Assembly: GCF_001194135.2 (NCBI RefSeq)
Contig: NC_068989.1
Location: 56,370,089-56,434,088 of the forward strand
Origin: Octopus bimaculoides
Lineage: Eukaryota
Direction of reading: 5' to 3'
DNA length: 64,000 nt
In this document: positions 13,273 to 25,765 of the stretch, piece after piece
How positions within the stretch are numbered: position 1 is the first letter of the stretch
Layout of the letters: every line of letters begins with the position of its first letter
Made by a program: the position numbers and the translations under genes
Notes under the pieces: generated by a model
Told to the model about the DNA's origin: nothing
What the model saw: only the letters and a program-made list of their open reading frames with translations
Database searches by the model: none

Positions 13273-13600
13273 GTGGTACCTTGGGCAAGTGTCTTCTACT
13301 ATAGCCTCAGACCAACCAAAGCATTATGAGTATTAAAAAAGATGGAAACCAAAAGAAACCCTATATATATATATATATATATATATAAATATATGCATGT
13401 GTGTGTTTTGTATCTGTGTTTGTCCCTCACCACTGCTTGACAGCAGGTGTCGGTGTGTTTATGTCCCCATAACAGTGATTCAGCAAAAGAGACCAACAAA
13501 ATAAAATAAGTATTGAGGCCGATTGATGTGAATAAGATTCCCCAGGGCAGTGCCCCAGCATGGTCACAGTCTAATAACTGAAACAAGTAAAAGAGAAAAG
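13273..13600 (+). mobile_element. tRNA-derived SINE (family A), 5'-truncated
   Basis: accttgggcaagtgtcttctactatagcc...gtgccccagcatgg...gactgaaacaagtaaaagag tail. Confidence 0.8.
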
Positions 13601-14169
13601 ACATAAATGCATATTTATTATTCTTAAACAAGAATATTATTGACAGTAACTCTCAAGTTTTGGCCAGCTAAGCCATTATTAGACCTGCAATGTATTGAAG
13701 TTAATCTTGGCTTTATATGGTCTCTGCTACAACTCTTTGAAGATGACCTATTCACTATGATCACAAATAAAATTTAACACGTGAACCAGCACACTGAAGC
13801 AGAAAATCAACCTCATAAAAACAAGCCCAAATATATTTGTAAAATCAGACAAGACAGACAACTTCTACTAGATAAGTCAAACTACTTATAACTATTTTCT
13901 CTCTAACACAATTTGTAACACATACAAAAAAACAACAACAACAACAAAATATGCAGCTTTAAATGATATTTCTTTGGCTGTGTACACCACAACCAAAGAA
14001 ATATCCACTAAACTTAAAACAGATGATAGAGTAGATACACTAACACTTTAATGTCCATATATAACCATGAAGGAGCACAAGCCAAACATCAATGGCAACC
14101 CATCCATCAGATTTGTAAATCCATTGAAACTGGATGTAGGCATCATTAGTCTTAAAAAATTATGGACTA

Positions 14170-14380
14170 ATTCTCATTAAAAATAAAAACAAAATCAACA
14201 TTACCTCTCTTGAATAACACATGACTTGGTCTAGCAATTTAATGCCTCTGTAGTTGTTACTATCTAAGGCATCACCTTCACCCTTGTAGCAGCTAACTAT
14301 GATATTACTACTAATGAATCCAATCACATTCTCAAATTCTGATCTAGTCTCTTCATGCAACCATAAAATCTTAAAAATCA
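14170..14380 (-). mobile_element. RTE-clade LINE RT fragment
   Basis: YKGEGDALDSNNYRGIKLLDQVM matches the RTE RT N-terminal motif. Confidence 0.75.
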
Positions 14381-14666
14381 CTAAAACATTTCAAACCAAT
14401 AATTTTTTCTAATGGCTAAACATGTAAATATCTCACCAACTTCTCTCCTTCCATTTACACCATAAAGTATTCATATTAAAAAATTTTTTTTACAGTTTTA
14501 CACTAAACAGGTACTTATCTAAAAGTTTCCCTATCTCTGACCAAAATCCCCATAAAAGATCTTCTTATATAAGTCCACAAACTTACACACACACATAAAT
14601 ATAAATTTGTATGCAACTAAGTTGGAAGACCCTTTTCTCTTGATTCTATTTTGTTTTTAATTTTTG

Positions 14667-15220
14667 GGATCTTTTTTAAAACGGGGGCCACATTTTTCAT
14701 TAATGTTTTACGTAGTGTTTTTGGTACCGAAAGACTTTCAAACTTCGTATACTTATCTATTTTGTGTTATAGAACAGAAAAATATTTTTGTATTCGAATT
14801 TATTTCATGTAAAAAATTGTCTTATTTCGATAATTTCAACCAATCACTGACGTCCATTCAGCCGATATACATTAAGTGCCGACTACATAAACAAACGATT
14901 CTTCGTTTTATTTGCTTTTTTCATTTTAAATTTGCTTTAACCCTAACCCTAACCCTAGGGTTAGGGTTAGGGTTAGGGTTAATTGTTTCAGAATCGTTTG
15001 TTTATGTAGTCGGCGCTTAATGTATATCGGCTGAATGGACGTCAGTGATTGGTTGAAATTACAGAAATACGACAACTTTAACATGGAATAATTTATGGAT
15101 TTCTTTTTTTTTTAAGAAGACTAAGAGAAAAAGATGTTTTATATGACACATTCTACCAGTGTTCCAAGTTTCAAAGTGTTTCGTTAATGAAAAATGTGGC
15201 CCCCATTTTAAAAAAGATCC
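14667..15220. mobile_element. Non-autonomous TIR element (MULE-like) with internal 72-bp inverted repeats and a (CCCTAA)n/(TTAGGG)n palindromic core
   Basis: 39-bp TIRs ggatcttttttaaaa(c/t)gggggccacatttttcattaa. Inner IR 14831-14902 / 14990-15061 has 1 mismatch. Telomere-repeat palindrome at 14937-14982. Confidence 0.85.
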
Positions 15221-16323
15221 AATTTTTTTTAAAGTTTAAAATTTTAAATAAATTTCTTCAATTAAATTTTATTCCCATTTTTATACATGTATATATACAC
15301 ACTTTTTATAATGCCACACTTTCTCATATATCCATAGGTCTAAAATAATATGTTATAAAATACCTATGTTTGAAACAATTGAAGAAATATTTATGAATAC
15401 ATAATCTACAAACTCTGCTTCAATAAAACACAAAGGTTTAAATTTTTACATGTTAATCAAATTCCTTATAAGACAATGATCTCTTAGAGAGAAACATACA
15501 GACCAACAACACCTTCTTGTGAACATTGAAGCACAAGATAAACACATTTCTATACTAAGAACACCATGATATGCCAGGCTAATAACCTCACCTTTCAAAT
15601 GCACACAGGAAATCCCCTAAATAACAGCAGCAACTAGTAAAGAAATTGACTTGCTAAAAAATACCACCTACCCATATTCTTTTGTGAACCCTTAAAAAAT
15701 TCCATTACAAAAAGTTTGATACACCCAATTATTAAGTTTTTAAATATTGGACTAAACTTTAAACCTTTGACCTTTACATTGTCAAAAGAAAGAATTAAAT
15801 TCCAAAATAACTAAAACTATTGGTACATCCTAGACCTATCTGTAACCTTTTTGTGAACCACTAAAACATCAACCAGCCCCATGACCTGAAGGGAATACAC
15901 CTAAATGTATACACCTACTTACAAAGTTCTAAATGCATAAATAAATTCTAAACAATAACATAACCCCAAATTTAATCAACAAAAATTTCTCCAAAACACC
16001 TCTCTACTATAACCCAACCTACAACCTAATTACAACTCTGCTAAAACCCACATATCCAAGGAAGATTTTTTACTCAACAGAGACTATATAAAACCAAGAT
16101 TAACTTCAATGCATTGCAGTCTAATGATGGCTTAGCTGGCTGAAACTGCAAAGTCACTATCAACAATATTTTTGTTTAAGAATAATATATTTGTACTCAA
16201 CAAAAGTATATAGCAACCCATCAGATTAATATAAAATTGTTTTTATTATAACTGAACATAAAAGCAAACATTAATATACATACATGCATGTGTGTGTGTG
16301 TATGCTAACTGAACATAAAAACA

Positions 16324-16358
<35 letters not shown>

Positions 16359-16569
16359 TAGACAAGAATAGAAGGGAGAATATTGATTCTCACATGCTTC
16401 CCTTTTTGTCCTTCCACCACCACCACCACCACTATTCATAATTATTAACTCCTCCTCACTTACTTTCTCTCTATCTCCTTCCTCCTCACCATTTATTACA
16501 TCTATTTCTGCCATCCGTTCCTCACCCAACAGTAATTTTATTCATATCATGTTCTCACTTTGTAACAAT

Positions 16570-16634
16570 GATACTCTCGCTCTCTGTCTCTCTCTTTTTC
16601 GCTTTTACTCTCTGTTTTGTTCTCTCTCTGTCTC

Positions 16635-16687
<53 letters not shown>

Positions 16688-17094
16688 CTCCCCCCCACTC
16701 ACTCTCTCTCTCTCTCTATCTGTCTATCTATCTTCCCCCCTCTCTCCCTTTCATGACTCTTGAGTAGCCCATGTTTTTTTGTACCACCCTTCATCCCTGC
16801 ATTCCAAAACCCACTTTATTCTCTTTACCATATTTATCTACATCAACCATTCCAAACCACAGCCACTATCATCATCATCACTGCCAAGACCCAGACCAAG
16901 GTTCCCACCACCACTACTGCCACTGTCACCACCAGCACCAGCACCACCTCTGCCGTCACCAGCAGCACCACCTTCATCAGTGTCAGTGCCACCACCATCA
17001 CCACCTCTGCTACCCCCCACCACCACCACCATCACTGCCACCACCACAGTTATGTGACAGCAAGAGCAAGTACCAAACAGATCAGCCTGCCAGC
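16570..17094. repeat. (CT)n/(CTAT)n and (CAC/CAT)n low-complexity block next to a gap
   Basis: Visible simple repeats. These explain the His/Thr/Pro-rich ORFs here. Confidence 0.9.
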
Positions 17095-17929
17095 NNNNNN
17101 NNNNNNNNNNNNNNNNNNNNNNNNNNNNNNNNNNNNNNNNNNNNNNNNNNNNNNNNNNNNNNNNNNNNNNNNNNNNNNNNNNNNNNNNNNNNNNNNNNNN
17201 NNNNNNNNNNNNNNNNNNNNNNNNNNNNNNNNNNNNNNNNNNNNNNNNNNNNNNNNNNNNNNNNNNNNNNNNNNNNNNNNNNNNNNNNNNNNNNNNNNNN
17301 NNNNCATTAGGGAGTTTCCTTATGACACATCACCCCCAAGGAAAAGGTTTCTAGTAATTCCCCACCACCAGACCCCAATCAAATCAAACCACTACACCAG
17401 TTACCTAGTAGGTTGAAACTTCCCACTAATTTCAGCATTGACTCCCATACTTCACCACCCCCCCCCACACTGCCCTTACCATTCGATTCCCTTCCAAACG
17501 GCTGGGGTGACAGTAGAGTGTTGATCCCTGCTCCACTCTGACACACCAGTGTCTTTGAGCACCAACTCAGCTCCTGTCACAGTCAGATGAAATGCCTTAT
17601 GAGTATTTAGTTATACCCACTTCACATTCTGAGCTGAAAGTCATGCTGAGGTCAACATTACCTTTTATCCTTTTTGCATTGATACAATAAGTAACTAGTA
17701 AAATACTGGGGTTGTGTTAATTGACTGTAACATGCTCCCACACCATGCCCAAATTTGTAGCCTTGTGTCTGTGTAAGAAAGTATTTAACCATTTAGCATT
17801 CAGATTACTCTGTCAAATGTAACACATGTTCATTCACATTGGTTTGAATTAATCAGGCATTATCATGTAGCTTTGAGTTTTCAGTGATGCAATTGCTAGT
17901 GTTTTGAATGAAAAAAAAAACTGGCACAT

Positions 17930-18240
17930 CATTGGTTATGACAAGGATTCCAGTTGATCCAATCAATGGAACAGCCTGCTCGTGAAATCAGTATGCAAGT
18001 AGCTGGGCACTCCACAGACACATGTACCCTTAACTTAGTTCTCAGGGAGATTCAACATGACACAGAATGTGACATGGCTGGCCCTTTGAAATACAAGAAC
18101 TACTCAGTCTTGCCAGCTGAGTGAATTGGAGCAATGTGAAATAAAATATCTTGCTCAAGGACATAATGCATCACTGGGAATTGAACTCACAGCCTTACAA
18201 TTGTGAGTTGAATACCCTAACACTAAGCCAGCACCTTCAC
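17930..18240 (-). mobile_element. tRNA-derived SINE (family C)
   Basis: Minus-strand head gtgaagg..ctggcttagtg..aggg...gagttcaattccc and body cagacacatgtacccttaac...ctgttccattgattggatcaactgg. A partial second copy lies at about 18620-18840. Confidence 0.75.
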
Positions 18241-19439
18241 ATTTTGAATGACATTGTTAGGTATAGGTAAGAGACCAGATTTAGCCAATTTAAACATAAA
18301 ACAGGTAGAAAATTGCCCTTCTCAGTAAAAAGAAGGTAGAGTAATTCCCATCATAGAATTGGTTGATAGCTAGATCTGTCCTACTTGTGACAATAGCTAT
18401 TGGACATCTCTATGAGTCAGCAATATTTGTACACTGAGTGTGTGCTTAATGAGTTTTTTATTGCTCTACAAACATCTCAGACAGGCCCAGTAAGGTTTAA
18501 AATGACAGCAACAATAACAATAATGGTTTCTTTTAATTGCCATTAGGACATTATTGGATGAAAGGGGACATAAGAAAATCTAGTTATATAAGGTGTGGTA
18601 GATTTCCATAAAAACTGAATACGATATGCCTGGCACTCCATCAGTTATGAAAACAAGTGTTCTGGTTGATTCGATCAACAGAACAACCTGCTTGTGAAAT
18701 TAATGTGTATGTGGCTGAGCTCTCCACAGACATGTGTACCCTTAACATAATTCTCATGGAGATTCAGCATGACACAGAATGTGACAAGGCTGGCTCTTTG
18801 AAATACAGGCGCAACTCATTTTTGCCAGCTGAGCGGACTGAATGAATGAGATATAAAAGAATACAAATAAATGCTGATACACTCCACCTTATACAGGAAG
18901 ACCCAAAACTAGGGCCAACCAATGGAACACTAAAATCAAGTACCCTCTCTCTATTATCAATATTATCGATCTTTAACATAGACACAAGCTAAAGAGAATA
19001 ATGATTAGTATTGTTGCATCATTCATTTACTCCTGCCTTCCTTTCTATTAACAGAACTGTTTCCCTCTTTTTTTTTGTCTTTTCTCCAGGTTAGAATGAA
19101 ACTAACATCTAACATGTATTCTATTGTCTAGTCATTTATCTTTTCTAATAACCAGCCAATGAGTGTCAGAGATGGCAACATTAATGACAAGAAAAAAAGA
19201 AATGTTATTCCTGCCACAAAAAGTAAATATACGAAGTCATTTGCTGTCATCTTTGACTACGAACAGCTGTTGGCTGTTGGTCAAATATGGTACCTGGCTA
19301 TGAAGTAAAATAATTCTACTGCATGTGAGATATTGGTTTCATCCAAATCAGATAGATCAGCAGTGTTAAAGTCAATTTTCTAGGTGAATGCACATTTAAG
19401 TAATGATGCTCAAAAACATCAACAGTGAAGTACAGAAAT

Positions 19440-20680
19440 GAAAATGTGGATAGTTCAGGGAAGCTTGCCCTCTCCTTCTCCCTCACTTTTTGCGATTGCA
19501 TTAGTTCCTCCAACAAGCATACTTAGAAAATCCAGACCTATCTATGAGCTTGCTGAAATGAGGGTGAAAATAAATAATTTGCTACATTTGCATGATCTCA
19601 AACTATACAGGAAAAATGAAAAAGACTTGGATTCTCTTGTACAAACAATAAAAATATTTAGCAAGATAAGGAAGGTGCTTGAAACAAAACTAACTGAAAG
19701 TGATGTCATCAAGGCAATAAATGTGTGAGTCATGTCTGTGTTGAGATACTCTACTTCTGTTTTAAAAAACAGGCAAAGACAGAGCTACAGGAATTGGGCA
19801 AAAGAACTAGGAAGCTGCTCCCAGTGCATATGCACACCACCCTAAAAGTGATATTTATAGGCTTAGTAAGAAGAGAAGGAGGTAGGAGTTTGTTAAATGC
19901 AGAAGATTATTATTGCTGATAAACTATGTAGTATATAGCAATGAAAGAATGTTATCTATGGCCAGAAATATTGAAGAAGTCACTGAAACAATAAGCGAAT
20001 GCAACAACAGAAGGAAGAATAATAGAACAAAAAGTTGGAAAGAAATATTTGCATGGTCAGTTTATGCAATAGACTATGTTGGAAGTGAAGAATGCTGCTT
20101 GTGGCTAATAGATGGAAACCTGAAATGAGAAACTGAATCATTGATAATAGCCTTTCAGAAGCTAGTGATTAGAATGAATTTGATAAAAACAAAGATGATA
20201 AAACTCAGTCAGAGAGCAAACGCTGAATGAGTGGAAAAGTGGAGAAAAGTATTAGCCATTCCCAAGTGGGTGTAGTATGCTAGTACAAAAAGAGTATAAA
20301 TGCAGGCATTTAAAAGTGTTAACCAACTTTTTGGATAAGAAGTGACCTTAAAAGTAGTAGGAATACATGCCAGAGACTTTGATAGCGAATGATAATTAAA
20401 AGATTTTATGGGATTTCCCCTTGGAGACTAAGCATACTATTGAAGCAAGGAGAGCAGATATGTTTATAGTCAACAGAAAAACCAAAGTGTAAGATCATAA
20501 ATTTTCAATATCACATGATAGTAAAGTGGATATCAAAGTGGATATCAACATAACAGCCAAACTGCTACCTGAGAAGTTGAAGGCTACTGGATTTCAGACA
20601 TGTATTATAGGCCTGTATTAACGTGCTACTCTGTATTTTGTAAGAATCTTAAGAAATATTTTTGAGATTTGAGGAGACGT
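19440..20680 (+). mobile_element. R4/Dong-like non-LTR retrotransposon relic (RT C-half, CCHC knuckle, restriction-like endonuclease)
   Basis: QGSLPSP..LFAIALVP, KINNLLHLHDLKLY (YMDD-type motif), REGGRSLLNAED, decayed SISH...GCS..VQKEYK, WDFPLETKHTIEARRAD and ILRNIFEI*. Internal deletions are present. Confidence 0.75.
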
Positions 20681-20814
20681 ATCTTCATCAAACCTCAAGA
20701 TAACATCCCTGCTAATTAAATTAGCCTGCAATAGCTTTTGTATATTACTACTACTATCACTGCCACTGGCACCACCACTATCACCACTTGCACCACCACA
20801 ACCACTACATATAA

Positions 20815-21029
20815 TAATAACAACAATAATAATGATGATTTCTGATTTAGGTACAAGGCCAGCAATTTTGAGGAGAGGGTTGTAGTTGATACCGTCAACA
20901 CCAGTACTTGAATGGTACTTTATTGATGCTTAAGGGATGAAAGGCAAAGTCAGACCTGTTGTGTCTGATGCTCTAACAATTCTGACAATCCCCTGTCCCC
21001 AACAATGACAATAAACGACAGTTTGAAGA

Positions 21030-21065
<36 letters not shown>

Positions 21066-22360
21066 TCTTTCTAATTTTGGTACAAGACCTGAAACTTTGA
21101 AGAAGGGGCAAGTGAATTACATTAATCCCAGTGCTCAACAGATATCAATTTTATCAACCCAAAAGGATGAAAGACAAAATTAACTTTGGCAGGATTTGGA
21201 CTCAGAACTTAAAGAGTCAGAACAAACACTCTAACAATTCTGCTTGCTCACCACACTTTAATGGTTTCTCATTTAGGTGCAAGACTAGAAATTCTGAAAG
21301 GAGGGATTTAGCCAATTACATGGACCCCCAGTACTTGACTGGTACTTTATTTTATTGACCCTGCTGGAGGGATGCAAAGTAAAAAAAATGACCTTGGCAA
21401 ATTTGAGTTCAGAATGTAGAGTATGGGAATAAATGTTGCAAGATATTTTTTTCACAGCACTAACAATTTTCCCAGCTTGCTTCCTCAATAAAATAAATAA
21501 TAATAATGGCTTCTCACAGAGATACAGGACCTGAAATTTTGAAGAAGTGGTGATAATTATATCAACCCCTATAGTTGATTGATACTTTGTTTTATTAACA
21601 CTGGAGTGATGAAACACAAAGCTGACTCCTCTGGGATTTGAACTAAGAATATGAAAAACCAAATACCACCAGGTGTTTTTGTTTGATGCTCTAACAATTC
21701 CACCAATCCTCTGACCTCAATAATAATAATAATAACCCTTTCTACTATAGGAAAAAGGCCTGAAGTTTTTTTGGAGGAGTGGGGCTTCTTGATTATATTA
21801 GTTCCAGTGCTTAGCTGGTAATTATTTCATCAACCATGACAGGATGAAAGGCAAAGTCAACCTTGATGACATTTGAACTCAGAACATAAAGATGGACGAA
21901 ATATGCCAAGCATTTTGTCTGGCATGCTAATGATTCTGCCAGCTTGCTACCTTTAATCTTTCTACTATAGGTACAAGGCCTGAAATTTTGGTGGGAAGGG
22001 GCTAGTTGATTACATCATCTCCCGTACTCAACCATGAAAGGATGAAAGGCAAAGTTGACCTTAGTGACATTTGAATTCAGAACATAAAGATGGATGAAAT
22101 ACACTAAGTATTTTGTCCTTCATGCTAATGATTCTGCCAGGTTGTTACCTTTAATTCTTTCTGCTTTAGGTACAAGGGACAAAATTTTGGAGTTGTTGCT
22201 AATTGATTACATCAATTCCGATGCTCAACCAGCACTTATTTTATCAATCCTGAAAAGTAAAGTCAACCTCAGTGGAATTTGAACTCAAAATGTAAAGAGC
22301 TGGAAGAAATGTCGCTAAGCATTTTGTCTGGTGTGCTAATGATTCTGCCATCTTACCTTA
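20815..22360 (-). mobile_element. Head-to-tail array of 7 (ATT)n-tailed SINE copies separated by (TAA)n
   Basis: Units begin at about 20840, 21065, 21260, 21500, 21735, 21955 and 22152, all in the same orientation. Confidence 0.85.
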
Positions 22361-22369
22361 ATAAAAATA

Positions 22370-22720
22370 ATAATATTGCCATGTTTGCTGAACTGAATAT
22401 AGTAGCTAAATAATAGGGAAAAAATGAGGAAAATAGCAAAGGAAATGTGAAGACTGCAGAAGGTTTCTGTAAAAAGGAATTCCAGTAGTTATAGGTGCTC
22501 TAAGTATACTGATACCAACAGACTTGGTAGTTTCCTTAAAGAGATCGGAGGAACTATGAGAATTGCATTAATACAAAAATTTGTTCTGTTAAGAACAGTA
22601 AGGATTATTGAAAAGGTCCTCAGTATCTAAGGAAACTAATTTTGATCCCTGGTATTTTTTGATTCCAAATGTAACACATTTGTGCTTACCAATAAATGAT
22701 AGTAACATCTCTATAAGACA
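22370..22720 (+). mobile_element. Second R4/Dong-like 3' fragment
   Basis: IPVVIGALS...IQKFVLLRTVRIIEKVLSI* matches the R4-clade C-terminus (PVVIGALG...LQK.ALLGT.RI.RKVL). Confidence 0.65.
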
Positions 22721-23215
22721 CATTATTATATAATTTATATATTATTAAACGGATATATAATTACATAATAATTATTTCTAACAAGGGTCCACATTTTAGG
22801 GAGGGTACAGTTAATTTAATTGAGCACCCTCCCCTCACACACACATACACCAACTAATTGACAAGTACTTTATTTTATCAAACCCTAGAAAGATGAAAAG
22901 CAATGTTGACCTTTGTGGAATTTGAACTCAGAATGCAAAAATATATAAATAAACATAGCTAAATATCGTAAAAACATTAAATCCAGTGCTCTATTAATTC
23001 TGCCATTTATTTTACAAAACACTAATAAAATAAAAGTGAATTTAACAATGGGTGTTATGCATTGAAAACTACACTGACTCTTATTTCAATGCAATAATGC
23101 TAAATGCAGTTTTACAACAGCAGAAAAAACAACAGGTCTGTGGAGGAGAAGTTACAGTTGATTTAATCACTCTCAGTATAATTATTGGTATTTATTTTAT
23201 TAAACTTGGAAACAT

Positions 23216-23397
23216 TTAACCCTTTAGCATTCAGATTACTGTGTTAAATGCAATGCTTATTTACCACATTGTTTTGAATATATCATGCATTATCTTGCAG
23301 CTTTGAAATTTTGATGATGTGATCATTATTTTTAGAATGACATTGAAGGGTAGATGTGAGAGGCCATATCTGGCTGGTTTAAATGCTAAGGGGTTAA
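23216..23397. mobile_element. TTAA-flanked MITE (piggyBac-like ends)
   Basis: ttaaccctttagcatt ... aatgctaaggggttaa. Related pieces occur at about 17786, 37280-37470, 61930-62140 and 63480-63620. Confidence 0.75.
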
Positions 23398-23654
23398 GGG
23401 AAAAGGAATTCTCAAAGGGCTTGAACTAGAAATGTAAATGGATGCAACTAAATACCACATCACAGTTATCCAAGACCCTGCTATTTCTGGCAATTCATTG
23501 TTCATATGTATCATCATCATTTTAAATCCTCTCTTTTCATGATCACATGGATCAGATGCAGTTTTTGAGGCAGATTTTCTACAACTAGACTTCCTTCCTG
23601 TTGCCGATCTTTACCTGTTTCCAAGCAAGGTAATATTTTCCAATAGCCAGATAT

Positions 23655-23920
23655 CATCATTATCATCATCATACTCATCATTTAACGTCTGCTTTCCATG
23701 CTAGCATGGGTTGGACGATTTGACTGGGGACTGGCGAACCAGACTCCAATCTGATCTGGCAGAGTTTCTACAACTAAATGCCCTTCCTAATGCCAACAAC
23801 TCCGAGAGTGTAGTGGGTGCTTTTTATGTGCCACTGGCATGAGGGCCAGTCCAGCGGTACTGGCAATGGCCACGCTCAAATGGTGTTTTTTACGTGCCAT
23901 CTGCACAGGAGTCAGTCCAA
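23655..23920 (-). mobile_element. RTE-type LINE 3' end with (GAT)n tail
   Basis: catcatc..tttaacgtc.gctttccatgctagcatgggttggacg...ggatgcccttcctaa.gccaac is the reverse complement of the copy at 27141-27587. Confidence 0.75.
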
Positions 23921-24243
23921 TGATTTTTCAAAATAATGGAAATGAATAATTTACTGTGACACTCATTCAGAATTATCCAATGCCCCCTCCCTTCTCAAAA
24001 TTCCTTGTCTTGCAAGTTACTTGGTGACCTGCTGGTGCTGGTGCCTGTTAAAGAGCATTCAGTGGCTGGCATTTGGATGGGCATCCAGCTGTAAAACTCA
24101 TGCCAAAACTGACCTTGCCTGTGCAGGTGTCATGTAAAAACCACTCTGCAGAGTGGTTGGTGTTAAGAAGGGCCAGCATGGAAGACAGATGATGATTATG
24201 AATGAAGATGATGGTGATGATGAAATGCAAACATTCACACACA

Positions 24244-25140
24244 TCTATATACAGGGTTATTCAAAAAGAATGAACCAATATCATTGTGCAATATTTTAAT
24301 AAGGAAAAGCAATAGAAAACTCCAGCTAAGTCACAAGTATTTACTCACAATCAACTTTTATTTCCTGTCTTACAAGTGTTCAATGTGGTCACCACCTGCA
24401 GCACAGGCAACATCAATGTGATAAAAGAATTCCACCCAGACACATATCAGCATATCACGATCCACTGAGTTGATCACTGTTGTTATTTGATGTTTAAGGT
24501 CATCAAGATTAGTGGGTAGCAGTGGAACATAATCCCGAACTTTTACATGTCCCCACAAGAAAAAATCACACATGGTGAGATTTGGGAATCTCACAAGCCA
24601 GTGGATCATGATATGCTGATATGCATATGGAAGGAATTCTCTTATTGCATTGATGTTACCTGTGCTGCAGGTGGTGGCCACATTGAACACAAGAAATAAA
24701 AGTTGATTGTGAGTAAATACTTGTGACTTAGCTGGAGTTTTCTATTGCTTTTCCTTATTAAAATATTGCGTAATGAAATCGATTCATTATGTCTGAATAC
24801 CCTGTATATAAAATTCTGTGTGTGTGTGTTTCCTCTATTCACAGACAAACTGCTGGATCAATCTGTACCAAATTTGGCATGGCGGTTTTTCATTACTTAG
24901 GGAAGGTTTGGGGGTGGTGCCCATATAGGGGGCTGTAGTCCCCTCTGTACGACTCTTCGGATTCCTTTTTCAGCAGTATAATACCAAATTTGGTATGAAG
25001 GTTTTTCATTATTTGGGTAAGGTTGTAGGGATGTTAAATTTTGGCCCTTGCCCATATAGGGGGTTGTAGCCCCCCTCTCGCTATACGATCTTTCCGATTT
25101 CCTTTTTTGCAGCGGTATAATAGTTTCACTTTTCATAAGA
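24244..25140 (+). mobile_element. Non-autonomous Helitron-like element, 5' part, split by the foldback element; ~116-bp internal repeats
   Basis: Removing the insertion restores A|TCTATATATAAA..(GT)n. The unit accaaatttgg.atg..ggtttttcatt occurs at 24867 and 24983. The 3' end was not located. Confidence 0.55.
24252..24804. mobile_element. Foldback Tc1/mariner derivative (rosa/DD41D-like 3' end duplicated as ~210-bp inverted arms), TA TSD
   Basis: ta|cagggt...accctg|ta. Arms 24252-24467 and 24599-24804. The minus frame reads CDFFLWGHVKVRDYVPLLPTNLDDLKHQIT...GGDHIEHL*. Confidence 0.85.
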
Positions 25141-25765
25141 CTATAGTTTCACTTTTATGATTCCCACATCTAACTATCTTACACTTCCCTTGCAGACGTA
25201 AACATACAAAAGCCCTTTTGCCCGCCAGCTTCGTGCAAGTCCTCAATTAGGAAACAATTTTCAGTTGAGTGATTTACATTCAACATTACATTAATTTCAA
25301 CAGACTACATATTCAAACTGCCTCAATACTGTATTTCCTTTTCACTCTTTCTTTCTACTTGAACTTCACAAGCTCTATAATTCCTGTACGAACATTCAAA
25401 ATATTTTATTTTTACTATGTAATATACACTGTAGGATATATTTCAGTTTATATCATAAATGCTATAAATTTTAAAGTTCAATATTCTCGTGACATAAGTT
25501 AGAAATATCGACATGAGTTATTCAAATGATTGTTCATGGAATGGACCTAATAAAATTAGCTAGAGTACACTCAATGTTTCATATTAAACCCGATGTGACT
25601 ATTTGTACTTGGATATTGGTTTTACCTCAGATTTGAAATCGAATCTACATTTTCGCCCTAGCCATACTGCCTATTGTTCTGTCAAGAACTAATGCAGATT
25701 CATGTGTACCCTCTCACTCTTAAACATTTCTATTCCATCAACAGTTGAAATAGATAATGAGTGAC

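Larger units (their letters stand above)
13690..16130 (+). mobile_element. Fragmented Penelope-like retroelement relic, interrupted by an RTE fragment and the palindromic element
   Basis: ITMKEHKPNINGNPSIRFVNP resembles ITLKDHK..F...P..RLINP, NFSPSI resembles FYPSI, and YYNPTYNL resembles WFNPPYN. Highly decayed. Confidence 0.5.

Noticed and set aside
14937-14982. Telomere-fusion scar or true telomere
   Set aside because: Only about 7 repeats, orientation is (CCCTAA)n then (TTAGGG)n (opposite to a fusion), and they sit at the centre of a TIR element.
16760-17416. His/Thr/Pro-rich ORFs
   Set aside because: Translation of CAC/CAT low-complexity DNA plus an N-gap.
19070-19135. Strong plus-strand acceptor (ttttgtcttttctccag)
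   Set aside because: All three frames stop within 14 codons and no upstream partner exon was found.
20815-22360. CRISPR-like or functional tRNA array
   Set aside because: The units are ~200-bp degenerate SINEs in a eukaryotic genome. The A/B boxes lack a cloverleaf, and there are no repeat-spacer arrays or cas genes.
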